A DNA stretch of 64,000 nucleotides, taken from contig JBKBSK010000007.1 in the NCBI GenBank assembly GCA_046291735.1, positions 85,288 through 149,287 of the forward strand. Reading direction: 5' to 3'. Shown piece after piece: positions 20,397-29,945 of this stretch. The notes beneath the pieces are model-generated. The model made no database searches. It saw nothing but the letters and a program-made list of their open reading frames with translations, and was not told the origin of the DNA. The stretch is from Candidatus Thermochlorobacter sp. (GTDB taxonomy: Bacteria > Bacteroidota > Chlorobiia > Chlorobiales > Thermochlorobacteraceae). The translations under genes and the position numbers were made by a program. Position 1 is the stretch's first letter, and the number at the start of each line of letters is the position of its first letter.

Positions 20397-21491
20397 TCAA
20401 GCTTTGCAGGCTAAAAGTCGTGCCAGCATCTCATCTCGCTCGTGCGCAATGCGTTTGCCGATAAAGACAAAGATGGAACTCGAGCCGCTTTTTCTGAAGT
20501 CTTCGTTTTGCAAACTCTCGTAGTCGAAGGTGTATCTGCCCGAAGCAAAGTTGAAAATTGTGGGATTCTGCATCTCAACGAAATTTACAACCCCTTTGGC
20601 GCGATAGTAGTGCCGCGGAAGGGTAGCCAAAAATTCCTCGAATTTTCTTTGTGCAAAGGTTTCGCTGCGCTCAAACGCAAAGGTTTCAATTTCATCGACT
20701 TCTAGGTGATAACTCTCCGCGCCATGCTCATGGTCGTGATGATGGTGCGCTGAAGACTCTGTGTGAAGAGCTACTGTAAAAGGCATGGCAGGCTCGTGTT
20801 GCGATTGTCGGGCACGCTTTTCCTGCATGCGTCGCTCAATTTCAGCATCATACTGCTGTTTAAGCGCTGCCACTTGCGCTTGCAATTCCTCTCGTAGCCC
20901 AACATGCTTCGGAGCAAAAATAAGTTCGGGCGGAATGCGTCCTTGCACGGTTCTAAAAATCGGCGCACGCTCGTTCATCTTGCGAATCAAATTCTCCGCT
21001 TTAAGCAGGGCAGATTCTGAACACACATCAACTTTATTGAGCGCAACAATGTCGCTAATCGTAAGTTGAATTTCCGCAACCAGATTCTCCATCAAGTTTT
21101 CTTCCAAGCGCTCGGCATCGGCAACCGTAATGATGGTATCCAAAATCAAACGCTGGTCATTTGCAAGCATCATAAAAATTGAAATCGGGTTAGCAATGCC
21201 CGTCGTCTCGATAAGTAAGACCTCGGGTGTAACGCCTGAAAGAATATCTGTAACAGCGTTGGAAAAATCTCCAGAAATGGTGCAGCACATGCAGCCTGCG
21301 GTGAGCTCAGAAATTGACACATTCTGTGTTTTGAGAATCAGCGTGTCGACGCTGACCTCGCCAATTTCGTTTTCGATGAGCGCAACTTTACGGTCTTTGA
21401 GCGAGGTCTCAAGCAAATGCTTGATGAGCGTGGTTTTACCGCTGCCTAAAAAGCCGGTGATGATAATCGTTGGGATTCGTTCTTGTTGCAT
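20397..21491 (-). CDS. COG0523/CobW-family G3E GTPase (putative zinc metallochaperone)
   Basis: P-loop GFLGSGKTTL, metal-binding GCMCCT (CxCC) and a His-rich insert HTESSAHHHHDHEHGAESYH. I prefer the start MQQERIP at 21491 over the ORF-track start at 21584. Confidence 0.88.
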   Translation of the reverse strand: MQQERIPTIIITGFLGSGKTTLIKHLLETSLKDRKVALIENEIGEVSVDTLILKTQNVSISELTAGCMCCTISGDFSNAVTDILSGVTPEVLLIETTGIANPISIFMMLANDQRLILDTIITVADAERLEENLMENLVAEIQLTISDIVALNKVDVCSESALLKAENLIRKMNERAPIFRTVQGRIPPELIFAPKHVGLREELQAQVAALKQQYDAEIERRMQEKRARQSQHEPAMPFTVALHTESSAHHHHDHEHGAESYHLEVDEIETFAFERSETFAQRKFEEFLATLPRHYYRAKGVVNFVEMQNPTIFNFASGRYTFDYESLQNEDFRKSGSSSIFVFIGKRIAHERDEMLARLLACKA

Positions 21492-21534
21492 AACACTTTC
21501 AAATTTTAGAGAACGTAGCAAAATTTGTTGTAAA

Positions 21535-21551
21535 ACGCTTGTGCAAAGCGT
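21535..21551. promoter_or_regulatory. 6-5-6 palindrome in the COG0523/glyA divergent region
   Basis: ACGCTT-gtgca-AAGCGT, flanked by A/T runs. It lies about 45 nt upstream of the preferred COG0523 start. Confidence 0.3.
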
Positions 21552-21602
21552 ATTTTCACGGCGTTTTTTTGGAAAAATTCTCAATAACTTATCCTAACAC
21601 TC

Positions 21603-22919
21603 ATGTTTGAGAGCATTCGCGCGCAAGACCCCGAACTATTTTCTGCCATACAAAGCGAACTTGATAGACAAACCGAAACAATTGAACTCATTGCGTCTGA
21701 AAACTTTGCAAGCCGCGCTGTCATGGAAGCCGCAGGCTCTGTGATGACCAACAAGTATGCTGAAGGCTATCCGGGCAAACGCTATTACGGCGGTTGCGAG
21801 TTTGTCGACATAGCCGAAAATTTGGCGCGCGAGCGTGCTAAAAAACTCTTCGGTGCCGAATACGCTAATGTACAACCACATTCTGGCTCAAATGCTAACA
21901 TGGCGGTTTTCTTTGCCGTGCTCAAACCCGGCGACCGCATCTTAGGCTTCGATCTTGCGCATGGTGGACACCTCACGCATGGCTCACCTGTGAATTTCTC
22001 CGGCAAACTCTATGATGCTCATTTCTATGGCGTAGAGAAAGACTCGGGCAGAATTGATATGAACAAAGTCGCCGATAAAGCCCGAGAAGTAAAGCCCAAA
22101 CTGATAATTTGCGGCGCCAGCGCATACTCACGCGATTGGAACTACAAAGCATTCCGGGAAATTGCCGATGCTGTGGGAGCATTTTTGCTGGCTGATATTG
22201 CTCATCCTGCTGGATTGATTGCGACAGGGCTACTCAACAATCCACTGCCGTACTGCCACTTCGTAACCACAACGACACACAAAACACTGCGCGGACCACG
22301 TGGCGGAATGATTCTAATGGGCAAAGACTTCGAAAACCCGTTCGGCATCAAAGTCAAAACCAAAACGGGCGAACGCTTGAAGATGATGTCAGAAGTTTTG
22401 GATACAGTAGTCATGCCCGGTGTGCAAGGTGGACCGCTAATGCACATCATTGCAGCAAAAGCTGTAGCTTTCGCAGAAGACTTGAGACCAGAATACAAAG
22501 ACTACACCGAGCAAGTTCAACGCAATGCCAAAGCCATGGCGGCAAAGTTTATGGCAATGGACTACCATATCATTTCAGGCGGCACAGACAATCACTTAAT
22601 GCTGATTGATTTGCGTAACAAAAACGTCAGTGGCAAAGATGCTGAGCATCTGTTGCATAAAGCAGGCATTACGCTCAACAAAAATATGGTGCCATTTGAC
22701 GATAAGAGCGCATTTGTAACCAGTGGAATTCGCATTGGCACACCAGCGATGACCACACGCGGATTCAAAGAGCAAGACTTTGAAGAAGTCGCAGAACTGA
22801 TTGATCGCGTGATAACGAACGCAAACAGTGCGAGAGTCGAACAAATCTGTGCAGAAGTGCGCCAAGAAGTAAAAGAACTCACAGCAAAATTCTCGCTCTA
22901 CGACTTTACTGCAGTGTAA
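21603..22919 (+). CDS. glyA: serine hydroxymethyltransferase
   Basis: SHMT motifs are present: [22 protein letters not shown], and [15 protein letters not shown] (PLP lysine). Confidence 0.96.
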   Translation: MFESIRAQDPELFSAIQSELDRQTETIELIASENFASRAVMEAAGSVMTNKYAEGYPGKRYYGGCEFVDIAENLARERAKKLFGAEYANVQPHSGSNANMAVFFAVLKPGDRILGFDLAHGGHLTHGSPVNFSGKLYDAHFYGVEKDSGRIDMNKVADKAREVKPKLIICGASAYSRDWNYKAFREIADAVGAFLLADIAHPAGLIATGLLNNPLPYCHFVTTTTHKTLRGPRGGMILMGKDFENPFGIKVKTKTGERLKMMSEVLDTVVMPGVQGGPLMHIIAAKAVAFAEDLRPEYKDYTEQVQRNAKAMAAKFMAMDYHIISGGTDNHLMLIDLRNKNVSGKDAEHLLHKAGITLNKNMVPFDDKSAFVTSGIRIGTPAMTTRGFKEQDFEEVAELIDRVITNANSARVEQICAEVRQEVKELTAKFSLYDFTAV

Positions 22920-22926
22920 GAAGAGT

Positions 22927-23619
22927 ATGAGCAGAATAAGCGCCATGCTTGGCGTGATATACTCCTGCACGGTGATAATGGCAAGTGCATTTGCACAAGA
23001 ACGGAGCGATAGACAAGTTGCCATGCCAAATAATCCAGCCTTGATAGTCGATACACTGACAAAGACGCTAACGCTAAGTGGCAGAATCTACCCTAGCAAG
23101 TTCAATGCATGGACAAGTTGGACGAAACATCATCACTTTATTGTTTGGAAAAAAGGCAGAGCTGCACACAACGCACTGATTGAAACAGACGCAAGCGATG
23201 AAGAGATCTTGGATGCGCTGCTTTCAATCGGTGCGGTACCGGGTAATAATCTCACAGCAGATACGTGGGAAAAGCGTGCGGAACTCTCAAGCCCAGAGCC
23301 GGACAAGCGTGTAGAAGGCTCGCTAATCGATGTGAGCGTAGCTTGGCAAGGACAAAGTCCGATAGGAGCAGCGGAAATTTTCGAAGACGAATTTGGCAAG
23401 GGATTTCTCTTCAGGTTTGGTGGGCATCGCAAGCTGATACCAATCTGGAAATCGGGCTGTGTTGTGTGCTTGCAAAGCTGTCCCGGTGGCAGAATAAGCA
23501 ACGCAAACTACACAATGCGCGATTACTATTATGCGCGCTCAAAATTTGAAGTCAAAAAAGCTCGACTGCCCAAAGACGGAACACCAGTGCAGGTGAGATT
23601 AAAACTGGGCGAAGAGTAA
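22927..23619 (+). CDS. secreted hypothetical protein with a Cys cluster (tentatively YdjY-like)
   Basis: Signal peptide (..MASAFAQE) and the motif SGCVVCLQSCPGG. The family assignment is only a weak recollection. Confidence 0.6.
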   Translation: MSRISAMLGVIYSCTVIMASAFAQERSDRQVAMPNNPALIVDTLTKTLTLSGRIYPSKFNAWTSWTKHHHFIVWKKGRAAHNALIETDASDEEILDALLSIGAVPGNNLTADTWEKRAELSSPEPDKRVEGSLIDVSVAWQGQSPIGAAEIFEDEFGKGFLFRFGGHRKLIPIWKSGCVVCLQSCPGGRISNANYTMRDYYYARSKFEVKKARLPKDGTPVQVRLKLGEE

Positions 23620-23626
23620 AAACGGC

Positions 23627-24622
23627 TCAAAGCCAACCAACTGTTTTTGCCCACGCAATTGTCTCTGCAACACCTTGCTCAAGCGTGGTTTCAGGTTTGT
23701 ATCCCAGATGTGATTTGGCTTTCTCAATCGAGCATGTCCAGTAGCGTTGTGCGCCCTCAATAGCTTTCTCGCGGTTGATGATAGAGACTTTACCTTGTGC
23801 GCTCGAGAAAGTCTCGTTGAGTGCAGCAACGCCATAGACAAGCCAGTCAGGCAAGGTCAGCGAAAGCACGAAAGATTTGCCGAGAGCTTTCTTAGCAGCA
23901 TTGCCCACATCATCCCACGTGTAGGTTTCTTCCGACGAGATAAAATACGTCTCACCGATAGCTCGCTCACATTCAGCAGCTAAGCAGATGCCGCGCACAA
24001 GGTCGCGCGCATGCACGATGCTAAGGCGTTTTTCGACGCCGAAGCCAAACTTTGGCACAATGCCATGTTTAACGGTTTTGAAAAACTCCAACATGTCTTT
24101 ATCGCGCTGACCATAGACAACCGACGGACGCACAATCGTAATGGGTAAGTCATGCATAAATTTTCGGCAAATAAGTTCAGCTTGCAGTTTTGTGCGTCCA
24201 TACATTGTAAGAGGCTTAGACGGGGAATTTTCATCGACGGGTCTATCAGGTGTAGGCGAAGGACCGACAGCTGCTTGAGTAGAGATATGCAAAAACCGCT
24301 TGATGTGCGGCGCAGCAACTTTGACGGCTTTGAGCAAGTTTTCTGTGGCTTCAACATTAGCTTTGTAGAATTCTTGCTCGGTGCGCGCCTTGGTCAGCGC
24401 CGCTGAGTGAAAGATATACGCTGCGCCTTCGACAGCGCGTTGAAGTGTGTCAGGTTGGCTGTAATCTCCCACGACATACTCCACAGGCAAATGGCTAAGG
24501 TTATCTTTTGAGCTTTGCGCGCGCGTAAGGGCACGAACTGTGTAGCCGCGCTCCAAAAGGTGCTCGACAAGCCAACTGCCGACAAACCCAGTTGCACCTG
24601 TAACTAATGCAATGTGTGACAT
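23627..24622 (-). CDS. NAD(P)-dependent epimerase/dehydratase-family (extended SDR) protein
   Basis: Rossmann motif VTGATGFVGSWLVEHL and the catalytic YGRTK (YxxxK). Confidence 0.88.
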   Translation of the reverse strand: MSHIALVTGATGFVGSWLVEHLLERGYTVRALTRAQSSKDNLSHLPVEYVVGDYSQPDTLQRAVEGAAYIFHSAALTKARTEQEFYKANVEATENLLKAVKVAAPHIKRFLHISTQAAVGPSPTPDRPVDENSPSKPLTMYGRTKLQAELICRKFMHDLPITIVRPSVVYGQRDKDMLEFFKTVKHGIVPKFGFGVEKRLSIVHARDLVRGICLAAECERAIGETYFISSEETYTWDDVGNAAKKALGKSFVLSLTLPDWLVYGVAALNETFSSAQGKVSIINREKAIEGAQRYWTCSIEKAKSHLGYKPETTLEQGVAETIAWAKTVGWL

Positions 24623-24888
24623 AGCAGGTTAGAATTGAAAGAAACGAATAGAAAATCTTAGATGAAGCTAACCATGTTCGAACGCTTCTGGTCTGCAAGT
24701 CGAAGCTTTTGCTGATGCAAATTATCAAAATGTAGCGCAACTTGTGTTACTTTTGCCGCTATCATGCACTGCTAGAAAGTTCGGAAGCAACAAAATCTTA
24801 ATGCTGAAAAAATTTTGAAAATGAAGAAAAGTTCAATACTTTTGGCGCAATGTTCTTGCTAAGCAAAAGCAGGCTCAGAGATATTTCA

Positions 24889-24924
24889 CAGGTTCAGGTT
24901 TCATACCTGTATTCATACCTGTAT
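24889..24924. repeat. adjacent micro-tandem duplications (caggtt)x2 + (tcatacctgtat)x2
   Basis: Read directly from the sequence. Together they give two CAGGT followed by two ACCTG (its reverse complement). Confidence 0.9.
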
Positions 24925-24990
24925 GATATCACCCAAAATCTTCGTAGCTTGTCGTAAAAACAAAACACAAGGCGCAGTGATCAAAAGCGC

Positions 24991-25020
24991 TTGACTTTCA
25001 TTGTCGAGGCGTTTTATATT
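24991..25020 (+). promoter_or_regulatory. candidate promoter for the TPR/motor cluster
   Basis: TTGACT-N18-TATATT (also readable as TTG-N21-TATATTG) sits about 100 nt upstream of the 904-aa gene. Confidence 0.35.
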
Positions 25021-25121
25021 GCAGCTTGTGATGTCTCAAAGCCCCAGATACTCTTAGACTTTATTTGCAAGGCAAGAAGTTGCAGGTGAAACTGTTGCAA
25101 AACCGTAACAACTAAAAGAGG

Positions 25122-27836
25122 TTGACTTTGAAAGTTACACGATATATCCTTTTGGCTGTTCTGCTGTGCATAATTTCTCTCAAGGTTCAAGCGCAAAGTG
25201 GCATCATTACGAATGCGCTGCCGCCTAGTACGCTCCTAATCAGTGATCGAGAGTTTCTGAACGATCTTTTAGCAAAGGATCGTTATCTGGCGCTTGCCTA
25301 TGAAAATTTGGTAACACTCTCGGCGGATTTTCAAAAAGAGCCGCCAGCAGTTGAGCGTCTACGCGCTATCCGTGTTGAAGGTTTTGGGCATTTAGAAGGA
25401 GAGCAAGGTGAATTCCACAATTTCCAAACCAAAGCAGAATATGAGCGCTTCTATCAGTTCGCGCGCTATCAAAGTGTGCGCAATGAACTTAATGCGTATA
25501 GAAAGAGTCTGTTAGCCAGTGCACCACGCTCAACGCTCGAAAAAGCCCTGCGCCTCGATCTAAAAAGTGCAACCGTGCGCTACGAAAAAGGTGACTATCC
25601 AACAGCAAGACTCTACTTCGAAGATATCTACGAGACCTATAGCCCATACTTCAGAAACCTTGATGATGTGCTCTACCTTCAAGCAGAGTCGAACTTTGCA
25701 ATGAAAGCGTTTGTGGAGGCAAAAAAACTCTATGAGCAATTGCTGCTCACGTTTCCGACATCGCAGTATGCGCCCTATGCGGTGCAGCGTGTGCTGTTTG
25801 TAAGCTATGTCTATAACGACGCAAAGCAGTTCCAAAGAGATTTTCGCAAGTATAAGCCCTACCTTAAGTTGGAAAATGAGCAGGACTTCAATGCTTTGCT
25901 CATTGCAGGAACGATGGACTATCGCAATCAGCAATACGCTCGCGCCATTGAGACGCTCTCGCAAATTCCAGATCGTGCGGAAGCTAAACTAATGGCGGAC
26001 TTTGCAATGGGGCTTGCACACCTTGAACTCAAAGAGATAAACGAAGCAGAAAAGAAGTTTCGTAGAATTTTAGGACAGCCATACTTACCTTGGGATACAA
26101 AGCTCAAAGATGTCAGAAACGCTGCAGCGATTCAGCTAGCGCACATTCACTATATGAGAGGCACGAAATTTTTAGATGAAGCACGACGGTTTTACACGGG
26201 TGATGAGAAAGAGCGTGCTCAGGCAGACTCTGCGCTGCAAGCAGACTTGCGCGAACAGGTAGCAGGTCAGCAAATTAGTGTTTATCAAAGACAGTTAATT
26301 GAGATTCTGAAAAAAATTGAAGTGCAGGATACCTCAGTAGTCAATCTTGGCAAAAAGTTGGAAAGCGAAATTTCCGCTGTTTCCACTTCTGAGCAAGAAT
26401 TGCGCCGTTTTAATGAGGAGTTGAGACAACAAGCTGAAAATCTGGACGCTGCAAAGGAAGGGATTGACCGCATTAGGGAGGAATTAGCGGCTGCGCAAGA
26501 AGAAGGGCGCTTGGCGGCTGAACAGATTGAACGAATGAGAGCAAAACTTGCGCGCGCCCAAAGAGAAGTGCTCTTCCAACGCTTTAATCTCTACCGCAAC
26601 TTTGCCTTTGCTGAATTTGCGATGGCAGAAAACTATTTTAACGAAGTCAGCCGAGGTAGCCCGGACAAAGACCTTGCAGAATTAGGGCGACTTTGGACAC
26701 AGTTTAAGACTGGTAAGTATAGAGAAACCAGAGCTGAGATTGAGGATTACTTCAAGAAGTTCCGAATGTCGGAAAATCTCTATCAAGCCATGTTCCTTGC
26801 AGGCTACATGACACAAGCAAAGTATCCACAAGACCCGAACTACGCTAGCAAGGATTATAACTTTGTGTTCAATGGTTACACGGCATTGCAGTATGTAGAA
26901 AAATTCCTTGCAAAGAAAGCACAACTGAGGCAACACCTTCTAAATGTGCAGTTGGTTGCTGCCTCATCCAACAATCCAAGCGAAGTTGCTGCGGCTACTG
27001 AAATAAGTAATGATATCACTAGAGCGATAGAGTTACTTAAAATTGATCGACGTGCGGTTACTAGCTCTGAGACGGGTTTGGTGGCAGACGAGCGAAAACC
27101 AGCGTTAGAAGAACTGGCAAACAAACTCAGTGCAGCATCGGGAGCGGGGAACTCGACCATAAAAAGCTCGGCTGATGCAGCAAGTACAGCGATAAAGCAA
27201 ATTTTGGAACTTGCAACGCAATCTGTCTCAAATGAAACACGGCTCTTTCTGACACATGCACCGCTTCTGGTAACTGGAGAACTTTCGGACTACCGCAAAA
27301 ACTTGGAGTTCTACAAAAAGGTTGCGCAAGAGGAAGTTGTTCGTGCTGAAGAGTTGATCACGCGATTGCAGCCAGCATCTAATGTGAGTGATGCGCGTCA
27401 GCAACTGTTGAGTAGTTACTACTTGAACACCGCAAAGGCGTTGCGCACCACAGCTAGCGCAATTTTGACAGCGCTCCATCAAAAAGAATTTTTCGGTGAA
27501 GAAACCATTGAGCGTGCAGGCACAGTTGGACAATACGCAGTGAGTGCACTAACTTACGACGAAGTAAAGAAACGCCGAGATCAGGTCAAGGCTTACGAAA
27601 AGGTTGTTGGCTACTTCAAGACATCCGTCAAAAAGAAGATTAGCCAGTTAGAACTCTTCTTAGAGCAAATTAAAAAAGAAGAGCAAGGTACCGCCGTCAT
27701 AGTGGTAACCAAAGCAGATCTCTTGCAAAAAGAGTTTGAAGAAGTACTAAACGATTTTAGAAAAGCGTTTTTTATCGGCACAGACTATCTGAAACTGTCG
27801 CGTCAATCAGAGCAAAAGAAAGTGCTGTTGCCGTAG
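25122..27836 (+). CDS. secreted coiled-coil + TPR protein (CpoB/YbgF-like architecture, much enlarged)
   Basis: Signal peptide (..SLKVQAQS). YbgF/BamD-like TPR hairpins (LLLTFPTSQYAPYAVQRVLF) and a long central heptad-like region (about aa 380-480, EQELRRFNEELRQQAENLDAAKEGIDRIREELAAAQEE...). TTG start; TTG 25128 has better spacing from the AGAGG. Confidence 0.85.
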   Translation: MTLKVTRYILLAVLLCIISLKVQAQSGIITNALPPSTLLISDREFLNDLLAKDRYLALAYENLVTLSADFQKEPPAVERLRAIRVEGFGHLEGEQGEFHNFQTKAEYERFYQFARYQSVRNELNAYRKSLLASAPRSTLEKALRLDLKSATVRYEKGDYPTARLYFEDIYETYSPYFRNLDDVLYLQAESNFAMKAFVEAKKLYEQLLLTFPTSQYAPYAVQRVLFVSYVYNDAKQFQRDFRKYKPYLKLENEQDFNALLIAGTMDYRNQQYARAIETLSQIPDRAEAKLMADFAMGLAHLELKEINEAEKKFRRILGQPYLPWDTKLKDVRNAAAIQLAHIHYMRGTKFLDEARRFYTGDEKERAQADSALQADLREQVAGQQISVYQRQLIEILKKIEVQDTSVVNLGKKLESEISAVSTSEQELRRFNEELRQQAENLDAAKEGIDRIREELAAAQEEGRLAAEQIERMRAKLARAQREVLFQRFNLYRNFAFAEFAMAENYFNEVSRGSPDKDLAELGRLWTQFKTGKYRETRAEIEDYFKKFRMSENLYQAMFLAGYMTQAKYPQDPNYASKDYNFVFNGYTALQYVEKFLAKKAQLRQHLLNVQLVAASSNNPSEVAAATEISNDITRAIELLKIDRRAVTSSETGLVADERKPALEELANKLSAASGAGNSTIKSSADAASTAIKQILELATQSVSNETRLFLTHAPLLVTGELSDYRKNLEFYKKVAQEEVVRAEELITRLQPASNVSDARQQLLSSYYLNTAKALRTTASAILTALHQKEFFGEETIERAGTVGQYAVSALTYDEVKKRRDQVKAYEKVVGYFKTSVKKKISQLELFLEQIKKEEQGTAVIVVTKADLLQKEFEEVLNDFRKAFFIGTDYLKLSRQSEQKKVLLP

Positions 27837-27906
27837 GAAATTTCAAATTCTGTTGTAATTTCGGCAATTCTAAACAAAACTAAACTACTATCTCTCGGAG
27901 GCTAAA

Positions 27907-28689
27907 ATGGCAAAAAAGAATAAGTTGTTTCTTTGGGCGATTATCATCTTGTCAGCAGTTGTATCGTTTGTGCTGTATTACGGAGTTTTTGGTCCTGCAC
28001 CCAAAGGATCTGTGCTGCATAACTTGTATGAAGGCGGACCACTTGTAGCGGTGCTTATGGCAAATATCTTGATTCTCATTATCGTGGTAACTGAGCGCGT
28101 GATTGCTTACAATAAAGCAAATGGTAAAGGGAATCTGGAAAAACTTCTTAAAGAAGTCAAGCAAGATTTGGAAAGAGGAGCAATCAACGAAGCGCTGCAA
28201 AAGTGCGAAAAACACAACAGCGCAGTGTCGACCTCAATTATGAGCGGCTTGGAACGCTACCGTTCGCTCGATGAAGTGGAGCCGCGCTTCAATGCTAAAA
28301 TTCAAGAAGTGCAAAAAGCTATCGACGAGGCGGCTAACTTTGAATCTGCACAGTATGAGACAAACCTCACACCAATCAAAACGATTGCGACCATTGCAAC
28401 GCTGATCGGTCTGATGGGTACAACAATTGGTATGATTCGCGCTTTTAACGCACTTGCTGAATCAGGCGGTACGCCAGACCCAGCGAAACTCTCAGGTGCT
28501 ATCTCTGAGGCACTCTACAACACTGCCGGCGGTCTTTTTGCTGCCATCTTAGGCACAGTGGCTTATAACTACTTCAAAGCTGAGATCGACAGCTTCACCT
28601 ACTTCATTGATGAAGCGGCCTTTGAAGTGATTCAAACCCTGACAATCTCACGTCGTAACCTTATTTCGGAACGTGAGCGTGCACAGTAA
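27907..28689 (+). CDS. exbB: MotA/TolQ/ExbB-family proton channel
   Basis: GGAGG SD. Family motifs IATIATLIGLMGTTIGMIRAF and ISEALYNTAGGLFAAI, with an extra N-terminal helix. Confidence 0.92.
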   Translation: MAKKNKLFLWAIIILSAVVSFVLYYGVFGPAPKGSVLHNLYEGGPLVAVLMANILILIIVVTERVIAYNKANGKGNLEKLLKEVKQDLERGAINEALQKCEKHNSAVSTSIMSGLERYRSLDEVEPRFNAKIQEVQKAIDEAANFESAQYETNLTPIKTIATIATLIGLMGTTIGMIRAFNALAESGGTPDPAKLSGAISEALYNTAGGLFAAILGTVAYNYFKAEIDSFTYFIDEAAFEVIQTLTISRRNLISERERAQ

Positions 28690-28706
28690 AAGACAGTGAG
28701 ACTGGT

Positions 28707-28734
28707 GAAGGGCAAGTAGAACCTCTTGCCCTTC
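28707..28734 (+). other. perfect 10-bp hairpin between exbB and the first exbD
   Basis: Stem gaagggcaag / cttgcccttc with an 8-nt loop, 18 nt after the exbB stop. No U-tract. Confidence 0.5.
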
Positions 28735-28760
28735 AAAGCAAAACTTAAACAGAGACGAAT

Positions 28761-29261
28761 ATGAACTTCTTCGGATTTTTTATGCATGGCGGCGATGAAA
28801 TCGACCTCGCCCCACTCGTTGATATTGCCTTCTTGCTCCTCACCTTCTTTATGATGACTACGGTGTTTAGAGCGACTGATAAAATTCAAGTCGAGACACC
28901 GCAATCTAATTCTGCAGCAAAAGAACCTACGAAACGCTATGTCATCGTGACGGTCTCTGACAGCACAGATAAGCATGACACGCAGGTGGTCGTAAATATG
29001 GACGAGTACAAAGTGCGTGTTGTTGCTTTTCAAGGTACGCCCTATGAGCGCGAAGCAACAGGCACAGATGGTGTGCTGCTGAAGGACTGGAGGAAAGAAA
29101 TCTATGAAATTCTGCTGCGTGCGCGTCAAGCCGATCCTGGTCAGACCATTGTACTGAAGGCAGATAAAAATGCGAAGTTTAGCATTGTCAACGAAGTGAT
29201 GATTAAAATGAAGGAAGTAAAGTTCGATCAGGTTCAGATGATCACAAAAATGGAGCAGTAA
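28761..29261 (+). CDS. exbD: ExbD/TolR-family protein (paralog 1)
   Basis: IDLAPLVDIAFLLLTFFMM carries the conserved TM Asp, followed by a periplasmic alpha/beta domain (VLKADKNAKFSIVNEVM). Confidence 0.9.
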   Translation: MNFFGFFMHGGDEIDLAPLVDIAFLLLTFFMMTTVFRATDKIQVETPQSNSAAKEPTKRYVIVTVSDSTDKHDTQVVVNMDEYKVRVVAFQGTPYEREATGTDGVLLKDWRKEIYEILLRARQADPGQTIVLKADKNAKFSIVNEVMIKMKEVKFDQVQMITKMEQ

Positions 29262-29306
29262 ATGGCGAAAGATGAATTGCATAACTAACTTCTTGGAGAA
29301 CAAAAA

Positions 29307-29906
29307 ATGGCCGAGGCAACTAGCGATAAGGGACGCACTATAAAAATCAACATGCGCGAAGGAAAAACTAATGCGCAAGCCCGAAAAATCAAGAAGTATA
29401 ACGAGAAAAGCGATGAAACGTCCCATGTCGACCTTGCACCGATGGTGGACATTGCGTTTCTGCTGCTCACGTTCTTTATGCTTACCACATCGTTTGCGAA
29501 ACCTAATGTGTTTCAGATGGGATTGCCCGAACCTCCAAAACCAAATGCAGCACCAAGTGCAGTTGATCCGAGGCTGATGCTAACGCTGCAGGTGTCCAAA
29601 TCAGGTAAAGACGGCGTATTTATGCTCAGAGGTATCGAGAAAGAAGGCAATCAGCCAGCCTATACGAAGTTTGAGGAGGTGCGTGCAAAAGTACAAGCAA
29701 TCCGTGATGAGATACAGAAGGACCCAAACCTAAGCAAATACGATGTGGTAACAGCGATAAAAATTCATCCTGATGCGAAGTATGAAGATATGATTGAAGT
29801 CATGAATGAGGTCTTCGACGCAGGCGTGCGCAAGTGGGCAACAGTAGAACTTAAGCCCGATGAGGCAAAGAAGCTAGAGGAACTCGAAGAGAAAGTCAAG
29901 AAGTGA
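29307..29906 (+). CDS. exbD: ExbD/TolR-family protein (paralog 2, basic N-terminal extension)
   Basis: VDLAPMVDIAFLLLTFFML carries the TM Asp. It has a 40-aa Lys/Arg-rich N-terminal extension and a periplasmic domain (AIKIHPDAKYEDMIEVMNEV). Confidence 0.9.
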   Translation: MAEATSDKGRTIKINMREGKTNAQARKIKKYNEKSDETSHVDLAPMVDIAFLLLTFFMLTTSFAKPNVFQMGLPEPPKPNAAPSAVDPRLMLTLQVSKSGKDGVFMLRGIEKEGNQPAYTKFEEVRAKVQAIRDEIQKDPNLSKYDVVTAIKIHPDAKYEDMIEVMNEVFDAGVRKWATVELKPDEAKKLEELEEKVKK

Positions 29907-29945
29907 AGTCAGAACCCAGATTGCTGCAATTAAACAAAGAAAAAA

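Noticed and set aside
21492-21584. N-terminal extension of the COG0523 gene (395-aa version)
   Set aside because: The P-loop domain normally starts within about 10 aa of the N-terminus. The extension is basic and low-complexity, and it would cover the probable promoter/operator.
21492-21602. Riboswitch candidates: ZTP upstream of glyA, cobalamin upstream of 10642, lysine upstream of dapA (14156-14249), NiCo upstream of czcD (4058-4119)
   Set aside because: The leaders are short, and none contains the conserved cores I know (for example the B12 box GCCACTG or the ZTP CCGCCTGGGCA-type pseudoknot).
28632-29426. 264-aa ORF on the minus strand spanning both exbD genes
   Set aside because: It is antisense to two well-conserved ExbD genes. 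The sequence is Phe/Cys/His/Leu-rich with no recognisable motif or SD, which is typical of a shadow ORF.
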